A stretch of 64,000 bases of DNA. Source: Tubiluchus corallicola. Taxonomy: Eukaryota > Animalia > Priapulida. The stretch covers positions 186,001 through 250,000 of the forward strand of contig JAQGDQ010000304.1 of assembly GCA_030141605.1 (NCBI GenBank), given 5' to 3'. The notes beneath the pieces are model-generated. The model searched no databases, was not told the DNA's origin, and was given only the letters and a program-made list of their open reading frames with translations. A program made the translations under genes and the position numbers. Positions within the stretch are counted from its first letter, which is position 1. Each line of letters begins with the position of its first letter. This document shows, piece by piece, positions 25,759-38,535 of this stretch.

Positions 25759-28700
25759 ATGCGGGTGGCGTGCGTGGTTTCAGCAACGGCAGCCACCTTT
25801 GCTCTTACAGCGTTATTTCTACCGTCCACCTTGGCTCTGGTCACATTTTCGGACAGTTCGCGGACCAAACTTAGTGAGTTCATACGTCAAGTGATGAAGT
25901 GCAGAAACGTTCCGGGTTTGGCTATTGGCATTGTTCATGACGATACCGTGTTCCTGCAGGATGGTTTTGGTGTGCTGGACGTTGACAGCAAAACACCGGT
26001 GACTAAAAATTCCCGATTCTGTATTGGTTCCCTTACAAAATCGTTTACTTCGACATTGATTGCTCATTTATTGTCTAGAAACAGGTAAGCACAAAACTAG
26101 TACGCATGATTATCATTGATTGGTGTTTAAAATGATATAGGTTATGTTTCCCATTTTCAATTGTTAATTTGTACAATTACCGTTCGTGGTACTACCGTAT
26201 TTTTTGCGACAGCTAGTCAGCTGGCTATAATGAGTTTTCAAAATCTGTCTTTTGTCAGAATGTTAGCCGTCAGCTTTCCCACGTATTCGTTCTTTGTTAA
26301 TGCTAAATTGTTAATGAAATGTGTTACATAACTACAGAAAATAATATATTTTTCTATTTCACACGTGTAAATACATACACTCTGAAAAATGAACTGCAGT
26401 GAAAAAAGTCCAGTTCAAAGCGAAAACTGGGTTAATTTTGCAGCAAGAATCCAATGGGCTTTTATCATTTAAACGTAAAAGTTTATCAATCTCTGCTTCA
26501 ACATTTAAGAGTGCAAACGATCTCAGCTAACCAGTGTTTCATACAGTGTTTTCTGGGGGTGATTTTGAAAGGTTCCTTTCTGCAGATGCAGTTCACGGGA
26601 ATTATTAAAATAGACATGAAAAACTTGTGGTCAAGTTTAGGATTTTTAACGTACTGATTATACCTTTTCTATAGTGGCTTTCTTTTTCAGTATTAGTTGT
26701 AAAGTGCTTGATAAACTACAAAAGAAAATGCAAATAAGTCTGCGATAATTACTTTCTAATACCAAGCGCAGCGCGAATACAAACGTCATTGCTAATCCTT
26801 ACTTTAACTTCTATGCAATTTGTGTTTGACATTGGGCGTTTTTTTAAATGTTAAGAGCATCCGACACTATCCCAGCTATAGGGACAGACAGGGACAGAAA
26901 TACCGAGAAATGAACATGTTTCTAAACATAACCAATCCTTATTTTGGCATAATTTTACGCTCAGTAACTTATGCGGACTTCTGACGTTATGAGACTGCAA
27001 TTTACTGCGTAAACTTAAAGATGAATTTAAAAACTGCCAAATACCAAATGGTTACAATTTACAACTACAGATCACTGCTGTAAAGTGCAAACTGCTGAAC
27101 GCGTTTTGCGCTGATATTCTGATCAAACAAAAATCTTTTTATATGCGCAAAGAAGGGCAGTAATCTGTCAAATGTGGCAGCTCTGCTTCACAATGAAGAG
27201 TAACATGATGAACTTGCCTCAAACTCCTGCGAGTACTGCGGATGCGTACATAGTTACGTTACCGGGCATCTTATGCCGTCGCTGATTGTATATGCTCTAC
27301 GTATATGCAAGTTTTAGTTCACCTATGTGAACTACGTGAACTACACCTGTATAGATTTTGATGACGTAACTAGTATCAGCAACTTAATAATAGGTAGACT
27401 TCTGCCTATTTTTGACTTTGACTGACGTTAAGAAACCATAGGTAGTACGAGCAAATTTTTATTCTGCCACATACGTAATTAACGTTTGCCGCCTTAATGA
27501 TGCCACGTTTAAATTGAAAGCGCCGGCTTTCAATCAATTACTTGTGTATCATTGACGTCATACGACAATAACAATAATACTAACTCTACTGTCGAGCTTA
27601 AAAATAGGATTTTCATACGAAATCATGAAAAAACATTGATCGTTTATCCGTTTTTATTGTGAATATCAGTAAAACAGCGAGGTTGATACTCATTATTTTA
27701 ATAATGAATAACCATGAATATGCTAAAATGAATTCTTTATTCAGGTTAAATGAAAAAAGTAATCAAATGTTGTGAAGCAAAGAGATTAATTAAGAAGTGT
27801 GATACTTGTATTAAATTAGTAAAAAAATCAGCAAATTGTTAACTGTTAATAACTGTTAACAGACTTAACAGAATAAGCAGTCAGTTAACCAGCCACCTGC
27901 CTACCCCAATCTACAATGCAACCTTTTTCAACTCGCTCTGTCCCTGGGTTGACGTGAAATGTGAATGAATGCTATGTAAACCCAATTATGAAAATTATGA
28001 AAAAACTTGTTATTTCATTTACATTATTCGCATTTCCGATAGGAATATAACATGGGACACACCTCTTAAGGACATTCTTGGAGAAGACTTTCGACTGAGT
28101 GATGACATCAGAACTCAGTATACCAATCTGCGTGACATTTTGGCGCACAAACTTGGCGTTCCTGGATACTTTGGTGGTTTTCTGACTGGTTTTAATTGGA
28201 CAAGAGTTGAGTTGGTCAGGTAATTTATTAATTGTAGTCTGCCTGCTTTTACAAGATACACTAGCTTTTGTTATTTAAATAATAATTTTACTAGATGGCG
28301 ATACCAACGTTGTAAACAGTGCTAGTGCTAGTAATAGTACATACTGTTACGTAGAAATAAATTTAATCTTTATCTTTAGTATGCTGCAACTTTATTGTCA
28401 AGAAGGAAGCAATGTAAGGTGGTGCACTTTTAAGTGACTAATAAAGTTTTATTCACATAAAAATACATTATTGAAATGATCAGTGTCCTGCGTTGAGTTG
28501 GTCAAAATAAAAAGATGTTTCTCGTGAAATTCTCGACTGTTTCAAGTGCACTATACAAAGTTTGCATGATTTGAGACTGATCACTTCATGTAATCTCCCG
28601 CATAATTGGCAAAAGTAATTTACTTTTTTGGCTTTTTGTCATTAAACTACGGTTTTAATTAATGTATATTAATGTCATCATCTACATATAGTCAGTCAGG

Positions 28701-31700
28701 AAAATATTATAGCAGATGTTAAGCCCAGTTTAGACTGTCGGACATCCCTGGTGATCGTGAAAGTGAGTGACACGCTTTCCTAAATACGCGTGAATGACAG
28801 GTCTACGTGTTTCTGTGCCAATAAAATTCAACTTGCAATTCTTGAGTGACACGCTTCCTTGACGACCCCCCCCCATGAGTTTTATCAGTCAGAGGCCCGA
28901 ATGAATGCACGTGAGCACCGCCTGTGTGTTTTCACCGGGGGATGTATGACATGAAATTACATAAGCAAGTGAGATATAAAACCGTTCAAGCCGTTATTAG
29001 TTTTTATTCCCTTTCTTTATATAAATTTGTTGTGTTGGTAGTTCCTAATACTAAAATTGTCAGAATGGTCTATAACGACCACAACTGTTAAACTGAAAAG
29101 ACTATGTTTATATATAGGCGTTTACGCTATTTTGCACCAACTGCGCCATTCAGAACGAAGTACATGTACAACAATTACATGTACATGCTGGCTGGATACG
29201 TTTCGGAGAAAATAGCATCGAGCAGCAAAACATGGGAAGATCTAGTAAAAGAACGGTATTATGTAACTTAATTTTTTCGTAAATACATTGATATGTTTAT
29301 TTCCTTATTTTTTTTAATTCACGCGCTTACTCGCTCACTTGCTTCTTTATTTGTTTGTATGTATGTTTATATGCATGTATGTTTGTTTGTTTATTTCTGT
29401 AACAAGTTGAAGCATCTCGCAATTTTAAGCATTTTGTGCATACCTAGAAACTCGTTATTTTATTATCATCATCATCCACAAAGATGACGGCAGCGACGGT
29501 GGCTTCGACGACGACCAGACAACGATGACGTTGGCAACCTTTGTTTTTTTCATCTATGCCATGTTTTACTTTTGAAAGGTAGACAGAACCTTGCTTATCT
29601 TTATTTTTTGCTCTTTCACTTTATTAGTATTACCTCATTTATTTTTGTCTTCAAGTCCGTTCTCTTTCTTTTTTTGTTACTATCGTCTTTTATTTTTTTA
29701 TTGCTTCCCTTCTACCCGACACCAATGTCTCTAAACGTGATGAGATAATTTATTCTGAAGTCTTTGGTATCGTGGTCTCCTTAGTGCTGATGTCTTCTCT
29801 ATCTGGCAATGGTACGAGGTCATAGTGAAGATAGGAATGATTAGTATTAATTCCCATGTCTACTGACACAGTTTGACTTGAGATTTTTCGAAGGCCAAAG
29901 ATTAGAACTCAAGGTCACACTTGCTTTGTGAATGACTTTTGCTCGTGTCTATGTATAACATACCTGATGAGTTGGGTTCTGACTTGACATGGAGATAAAA
30001 GTTAAACGTCAAAAAACACAGGTATCGTTAAACCTCATGAGGTTATTAGCCTTAATAGATTTAGGAGAAACGTCGTCGGTTAACGGTGTCAATAATTAAG
30101 ATTTTACAATGTTACAAAAGCTGTGATGTTGTAAACTTCCAAAGTGAAAAATGAGGGTACCAACTTTGATGACGTGCTACAAGTTGCAGTCTATAATTTT
30201 TTGCATATGTCGATAGCCCGGAGGGAGTATGATGTTGGTTCATTGACGTATGACTTTGGGTCAACGTGTCAAGGTCAGCAAAACTTTTTTACACACCTAC
30301 TGCTTTATAACCGTGACAGTATGTCAGCTAAGATTATGAAACTGGCGTAAAGGCTGAGACGAACATAAGGGAATACTGCAGACTGACCCGAGATTGCATT
30401 ACCCCGAGCTGATGCACATGTCACGATCAAAAACTTCTGATTTCATTGAAATGAAATTCAGTTCCTATGGGTTAATACCATTATTAAGACTCTCTATACG
30501 CTGATATTGCTTAATAATTTTGAACGTATACAAGGGAGAGTTTCAAGCTCACAGATTGGGTAGCCCTAGGTAGGAAAACAACCTTAATATTCTAATCTTT
30601 GACCGCTGTTAGCAATTGGCAAAAAGTAATACGCGTTTTCTGGCGCTATCAGAAACAACAAACTGGCTATGAAATTGTTAAATATTGAATCTTTTAATAT
30701 CAAGGTTATTGATATTGGTTGATGATGGAATAAACCTATTTAAGATGTTGAACTTATAATCTAAAGAACCCTAATTCAAATACAAACTCATCCTCAACAT
30801 TTTTCAGATTTTTTTGGTAGTAAAATTTAATAATTGTCAGTTTATTTCCGGATTTTAAAAATTAAACCATCATTGCTACTAAACTACATCAAGACCTTTC
30901 GTTTGGGCATAATCGCCGAGAACAGTCAGTATTTAGAGCTGTAGCCTCAGATACAAAATTGTACAGCCAGATATGGACAGAATTAATATTATATTGATAA
31001 TAATAATCATGCGCTTTTATTTTGTAGAAGCCAATGCATGCCTCGAGTTTTTTTTGTGTTTGTAGAATACTGAAACCACTGAATTTGACCTCAGTGACGT
31101 TTGTTGATGTTGATGATCACAACTGGACCGACTTCGCTCTGCCACACGTTCAAGTCGATGGAACTGCTGTTCCTATTGATCCAGATGTCGTAAGGTGATT
31201 AAAACTCGAGAATTTACTTGGTATTGTGGAAATACCTGTTTATTAAGAAAATGCAAACTTTGGTCAATATTTCTGTTATGCAGATTTGCACACTGGAAGC
31301 CGGAATCCAGCATTTTTATGTCAAGGGCTTACTAAACGCGATATTTGTCGCGTGACTAGAATTTGGATTATTATCATTCTAAAATGAGTTCACTGAGCCG
31401 GTAGATGTCTGATCATGTTCAACTGTGTATGCATACGCATATATACGTATATATACATATGCATTCTCCCTCTATAAGGTAAACACCCAAAATCGATGTA
31501 ACTGAATGAGCAGCCCTGGGTGAGTATGGAACCCAGGCAACCACGAGCCAGTCATGTGCTCACGTGAAGGGTATGATTCCAGTTACATTAGCATTTCTTG
31601 CCAATAAGAAAAGTGTCATCATATTGGAAAATGATCTGATCGAATGCAACTTCTGGTGCAATATCTCACATTGAAATCATTTAGAATGTGCACATAGTTT

Positions 31701-33292
31701 ATATCAACATGTCGAGATTACTGCACTTAAGGCTTACATTGTTAATTTTCTTAAATAAAGGGTCACATATTGTAGGTCAAATTGAACAGTTGCGAATAAA
31801 AATCTATTTTTCTTCAGAAATGTGCACCCTGGTGGGCCAGCGGGTTCAATCTGTTCGGACGTTGTCGATATGAACAAGTGGCTTATGTATCACCTTGACA
31901 GCCGACGTACGGCAACGACTAGGTCCATTGCAGATTATGATATACTCCATGAAACGCATACTGAACAGTTTAACATACCACTTGAATCACAGTCGACATT
32001 TTCTGGGAGGCCCGTGTTTCCAGCTGCTGTTACCCGCTTCGCGTACAATTTTGGATGGACGACAGGAACTTACCGAGGTATTTTTTCTTTATAATGAAGG
32101 CAGAGCTGGCTAAGTTTACTTTGCACAGCTCTTCGTGCATTCCCTCCCGGTTGGCCTGTATAAATTGGTCGAAGCACACATTTTAAACATTGTAAAGAAA
32201 TTTTTAAACAAATTTCAAAAATGATTCTTCCGGTTTCATTTTTTATACACTGTACACAGTTTTAGTGGTGTCATTAATTCTGTAACCAGATTTGCAGGTA
32301 CAGTATTAGAATGCTTTTGCTTCATGTACAGGTTCGCGAGCCTTAGATGGGGTGTGGTCGTCATATGTGCGTACCATAAGTACGATCTTATAAATCAGTT
32401 GCAAATATGTAAATGGCTTTTTTATGGGATTTAACCTCAGCCTATGAGTAATTTTCGTGTTTTTTCATGTGAATGAAATATTTAATTTCTTTGAAGAACC
32501 ATGCTGTATTGACCAACAATGTGCTTTTATTACGTAGGGTATAAGCGAGTCTATCATGGTGGAAATATCTTTGGTTATGACTCTCAGATGTGGATGTTAA
32601 CAGATATGAAGCTGGGGCTCATAATTGCTGTTAACGGCCCTAATGATCAGGATGCTGTCATTGCCATTGAAACCATATTATACTATGCTGTTGACCTCTT
32701 ACTGGGAGAAGCTCCTTGGTTGAACCTAACGACAGCGTGTTCTTTTCCTCATCCTTGGATCGACAATGGACATGTTTCTGGTCACGATGATGGCATGACC
32801 ATACAAAAACATGAAGCCCCACTTTCTGATGCAGAAGAAACCAATGAACATTCTTTATCAGACTACGTTGGAACTTATGGGCATTATGCATTGGGCTACC
32901 TGCACATTACAATGATCAGTGATCTGTCAAAGAACAAGTCAAAATTACATTTGAAACATGGTGCACATGGTACTGCTTATCTTGCACGCGAAGGCAAAAC
33001 AAACGTCTTTAAAGCTACATTTTATGGTTCTTTGTGGTTTATTAGCAACAGCTCCCAAGCTCAGGACACGTATGTACAGTTTAATTTTAAAAGTGGAGAT
33101 GAGCCCGTGACAGAGCTTAAGGTTCCATGGATGTCTCCTGGTGTCAGTCCAATACCAACTTTTGTAAAAAATCTAAATATTGACAATCTACCAGACAATG
33201 CAGATCATTGTCAATTACACACCCACTCACAAATACTGATAGTATTCTTAATAATCTGTTATATCTCAATTTATGATTCCCAATTGTTTTAG
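25759..33292 (+). CDS. Beta-lactamase class C / AmpC-like serine hydrolase with signal peptide, DUF3471-like C-terminal domain and hydrophobic tail; 6 exons, ~594 aa
   Basis: Exons 25759-26084, 28043-28219, 29118-29255, 31066-31194, 31818-32077 and 32538-33292 total 1785 nt in frame. Motifs: NVPGLAIGIV, FCIGSLTKSFT (SxxK), LRDILAHKLG, YMYNNYMY (YxN), GPAGSICS, YHGGNIFGY (HxG), YVGTYGHYALG. The N-terminus is hydrophobic (MRVACVVSATAATFALTALFLPSTLA). Confidence 0.9.
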
Positions 33293-33925
33293 CTTGCACT
33301 TGAATGAAGGTCTGTACATTACATTTATAATAATGACCAATTAATACGATAAGTTTATACTCGTACATGTAGTGTGTCCTTCCATGGAACGTAACGCAAA
33401 AAATCCCCTGATCTGTACTTGGTCTTGTACATGAATCACTTTTCTTTGACATGCATGACAGAGTTCACTGTGTGCAGTCAGAACAGAATAGGTATACCGT
33501 TAAACTTAGATAGTACATAAAGTGTTATTTTAAAATTGCTTTCACAAATTGTCTCTACTGAAAAACCACTACATTACCAAGCACCGAATTATGATAAAAT
33601 GAAAAATTAACTTGATGTCCGATTATGTCGGACTTCAGAATATATTGTGACAGGAACTGCGGTAGATGCAAATTCCTGAGTGGGGCTTTTTAACAGCGCA
33701 CGGTCTGTTTTTATTGACTTTTCAGAAAATCTCTAAACAATGAGTTACGACTGCTTGCCACATTCCGAACCTGTCTTCGTCAGGCATTTTGCGTGGACGC
33801 GTATATAGAAGACTAGAGGCACGGCATGAAAATGTATTAGTGATACTACAGTTTCAGTGCGTGTTAAATGAAGCGTTTCCTAGTTTAATCTTAGCTTCTC
33901 AGCAGTTGACCTCTAACAACTTGTT

Positions 33926-34988
33926 AATCATTTTCGTTGACTGCGCAATCAGCGTGCTAGTTATTTCACACACCCCTGCAGCAGGTACGTTCGGGACAAT
34001 TAGCTACAGCTGCGTCTAACCCTGTTGTGGAAAATGCTCAACTTTTCGTTAGTTAGCAGGAGAAATATTGGCTTGGTTCTAGATTTTGTTATTGTCAATT
34101 GAAATTGCAAGTGAATCGTTTATAGAAAGAAATGCACATTGCTTACATCTGATTGAACCATGATTACGTCTATGAGTTGTCTATTAAACCATTTGGAATC
34201 AAGAAAATACGCAGTTTAGTTTAGTTTAGTTTATGGCTTTATCAAGTTAGATAAAAACAACTATTTGATTAACTTTAAATAAGGACAAAAGAAAATGTTT
34301 TCTTTTCTGACCAGTTTTTATAATCCTCATCTTCACAATCAAGATTAATTCAAATATGGTCAAAAGTTATATTATACATCAATGAACTATTAGATACTTC
34401 TACTCTATTATTCTGACTATAGTCATGGTTAAAAGATGCCATTGGGACTTATGTGACTCGAGCATTCAATATAAGGGTCGTCTGTGGAATGGAGCAGTCA
34501 TATTTATTCCATTTCCGTAGCCTGACAAACGGAAAAAACAAAAACTGAATAAATTTTGCAAACGAGCACATGATCAGTTGATATAAAAAATACATTGCAG
34601 GCTTGATGTTCGTATGTTTAAAGGCAAGTGAGACTTAATATTTTTGTTGCTAATTTATTGTAAAGCAAAGCTGACTGGCCTAGTTTCTTTATTATACTTA
34701 TGTCTTTGTATTTTCTAGTGCTTTGAAACTTCATCTCTACATTCTGTTTAAATTGACAAGTCATTTTTTGGCTACTTAAAGTGTTAATTTCGTGTAAAAA
34801 TAGCTGCTACTCTGTAAATGTGTGTCTATGAAAAAGAGCAATCAGCTTGTCTGCTGATTAGACATTAGTTGTGACTGTCACGTCGTTTAGTTCAGTTTAG
34901 TTTTGCTTAGACAGTTGTTGTCCTGCGTGAGGTGTTGTCCCGAATGTTGCTGAGCGTGGTTACGTTACAGAAAGGGCGAGAGACCAAT
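33926..34988. mobile_element. ~1.05 kb non-autonomous element, copy 1 (upstream of THR)
   Basis: Colinear with 40285-41324 over its whole length. Subterminal inverted motifs TTCGGGACAA (33990-33999) and TTGTCCCGAA (34935-34944). Confidence 0.75.
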
Positions 34989-35260
34989 ACGTTTGACGTC
35001 AACTTACTGAATGTGTCAGATAGGCAGTGAACAAAAAGCGCTCTTAATTACAACAGCACTAACTAAGCAGTTCAGCACTACTTTGTTTGTAAAAACTTTG
35101 CTTGTAAGAAAGAACCATTTTTAATAAAATCACTTAAAAAACAGAACTGTCTTCTGATTTTGAGCTTGTGAATTTTTTTCAAAACTATCAATTAAATTTT
35201 GAGACGGCATGAGAAAAGACAGCAATTGTTATTTAATTTTCTTTTTTTGCTATAGGTGCA

Positions 35261-35276
35261 TGAACTTTGATGACCG
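35261..35276 (-). promoter_or_regulatory. Near-consensus DR4 (CGGTCA tcaa AGTTCA) upstream of THR
   Basis: Plus strand TGAACTTTGATGACCG. Motif match only. Confidence 0.25.
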
Positions 35277-38200
35277 TAATCATTTATTGTATATGTAGTA
35301 AAAATTTTTGTTGTCAAATGTTCGTATTAATTTCAGAAGGAATACAAAGAAGATTGCAATTACTAATCAAGAAATACGTTACGTTGAAGCCTCTATACGC
35401 GTTATTACCCAGACTTGCCGCGTGAGACACACATCCAATATGTTCACTTATCCATTTCATTTAATAATTCCAGGGTTTGCTTGTAGGGATTATTTGGACT
35501 TTGTGAGTTTATGGCGTGCAGTCAGCTAGTTAAGACTGATGACATAATTACATCAAAACGGGTTTCTCAAATATACTCGAGGTTCTGGCGTAGAACGAGC
35601 AGCTTAATGTTGCGCAAAAGTACACACAAACTGTACGATTGCAGACTTTCAGTTAATTGATTTTTTTACTTTATAAGTATGCAGGGCCTTTTAGCATAAT
35701 GATTCAGTTCAGTGCCTAGACTTTTTGTATCAACGTGAGCAGTGAAAGACTGCTACTCGGCTGAACAAGAAAAAAATAAATTTAAACCAAGCTCACAATT
35801 CCAATCTCACGGCGTCTTTTCATTACGTCGTTAAGAAACTTTTTACCACGATGACTATTTTGAAACAATAATCATCTTATACGCTCCTCATCTGAAACAC
35901 CCTTCCAAACAACCTTTCCTCTTTCATTTTCATAAAAAGTGCAACGTAACAAAATATGTTCCAAAGTTTCTAGCTCTAATTTCTAGTTTTAATTTCTAGC
36001 TCTAATCCACAAATTCTGTCTTGTTTATCCTGCTTCCATCTAAACAGTGGATTATGATTTATTTCCAAAGATCCAATTCTTGCCTTTATCAGCAATTCGG
36101 TACCGTACATATCATTCATCCAATTTTCAATGAAGGGTCTTGCTGGGGGCTTATTAGCTATGTATCTCGCAGCCGTAGTACAGCTTTCAAGTTTCTTTCT
36201 TCACAGTTATAAAGTTTTTTCTCTCACATTACATTCAATTAAATCATTCTAGCCCTTTTCATTGAGATTTACATCCGTGATTTTCTTTAAACTATTACAA
36301 GTAGAAAATCACAGGTAGAAAATCACCATCACGGGTAGCATAATCCGAAAGTGCCACCTTGTGTCACAATTAATGGTTCATGTGTGTACGTCTTGATTTT
36401 TTGGTGTAGTTATTGCGTGACTATCATGTTTAGGCTGTCATTGCAGTTCAAAATAACCTGATCAGGCTAGTAATTAGATTTTGTAATCTGTGTATCAAAA
36501 CACGCCAGCATCCCCAATGTGGCATATCTTTAGATCAATATTAAACCACATTTTGTGCGTGATTTTCAATCAATTTGTAGCTATTCGCATTTTTGCTGCA
36601 CGGCATGAGGGAACATTGTTGTACAAGTTAACTCTATCAGACAAATACTATTGGACATGATATTTTATATTACGTTCTCTAAAATGTAATATCGCGATGT
36701 AATAGCTGATGTGATAATAGCTGAGTGGTCACGATTTGGCGCTTAGCAATGGAAGTTAAGCAACGCCGAGTCTAATCAGTGGACGGTTTCAAGAAAGCAG
36801 AAAAGTGATGCAATAAAATTGTAAACAAATGTCCGAATTTTGGATTTGCTAAACTTGAATAAATTTGAATTACTAATGAGCATTGACTACACAAAGATCG
36901 TAAATATCTACATAGTATCAATATCTATCTATCTACTGTAGTAGGGCCTATGTAATTTTGTAGATTAGATATATACATGTGTGTTTTAAGAAAACTTATC
37001 GCGAGAGCGGCCAGGTTTCATATAATATCATTCCTCGACAGAATTTACATCTACTACTTGCATAAATGTTGTATCAGCTTACGAAACAAATAAAATAAAA
37101 ATTAAATTAAATTTGACTGCACTGTTGTATTTATATACCTGTAGCTAAAAGGGTAAAATATATGGACTGTGCTTTTATTAATATTGTTTTATCGTTGTTA
37201 AGAAACCTCGTGTTTATTATTTATGTCACCTATACGTCGTTTCACATAGATCTAAAAAGCACCTTATAAAAATTTTTTATCTTTATTTAACTGCAACTTA
37301 TGGATTTTGACTTTCTGATTATGTACTTTAGTATTTTGTGAAAATGTGTTGTAGTTTTACTGTAAATAATGTTCTTGTTACCCAACAAATATATAAATAT
37401 AAGGTATCAATTGTTTCGCAATGCTATGAAATATTATACTTATTTAATTGTTTACGTTTACTAAAATTGCTGCACTCTGATAAAGTGCGTGTGGTGTTGA
37501 GAAAATAAGCTCATAATACAACTTGTGAGCTATATAATTTAGAAAAAATTTAGCTGCATGACTACTTGACATACAAGCTGCTTTTAAAACTGCGTAAGTA
37601 ATCATATGTGCACAATATCAACTCGCGCATAGTTATATACCACTAATAAAAATATAATAATTATTATAATGGTCAACTGATTAGTCATGGCGTATATGGT
37701 TCACGCGACCGGCTGCAAGAGTCCAGGAAAACAGGTTTGTAACTTTACAAACGACAGCATTTTGGTCAGTCTGTGCACGGCCTACACGCAAGTGACTGCT
37801 CAACTCGAGGATGACCACCACCATTTGACCGCATGTTTGTCCTCAGGAGCTGAAACTGGTCTTGTTGATGTTGGGCTACCATGGTTGAGGGGTCATTAAC
37901 TCTTTCATCATTTAGCACGTGGTGTTACGTCATGGGTGTTGTGCAGTACTCGGTAATGAGAACTGGATAAAAATAGCCCCTGCTCACAATGGCCCTATTG
38001 GCTACTGGTCACAACTGGCTATAAGCCACGGCCACTCTTAAGTCTAAACAGTCAGAAAGTGACGTTTGCTTTTGAAAATACGCCTGCAATGCCAAAACTC
38101 CGAACGCACTCAGTAAATCGTAATATTACCATTTTCAAGTGTTTCAGGACCTTCTATTGTTTGAAAGCAAGATATTAAAAGGATTTTACTTTACTGCGTA

Positions 38201-38535
38201 AGTAGATTCATAATGATAATAATTATTCTTATTAAATCTAAATATACAGAATAAAGAAAGAAGTTTAGTGTTTCAATAGACATAGGCCAGCCAAACATAG
38301 TTTTATATAAATAGTTTAATACGTTGACGCAATAGTCAGTTTATTTTTTTCGTGTTGCATCATAATCATTAGTTGAGCATTCATTAAACTGGGATATATT
38401 GATCAAGATTTCTGTCAAATTTGTGTGCGTTTTGTTCTAGCCCCGTATGTCTTTATACTAGCACAGTTTGCGCTTTATGCTACTCAGAAAGGCTACAAGT
38501 TGTCTGAATTTTTTTCAAAAAATAATTCTAGATTA

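Noticed and set aside
25759-33292. Bacterial contamination or an antibiotic-resistance gene
   Set aside because: The gene has five spliceosomal introns and lies among animal genes; beta-lactam activity is not implied by the fold.
37687-37734. ATG...CAG|gtttgt as a first coding exon of THR
   Set aside because: The phase-0 donor is incompatible with the reading frame at the 38532 acceptor, and the peptide is unrecognised.
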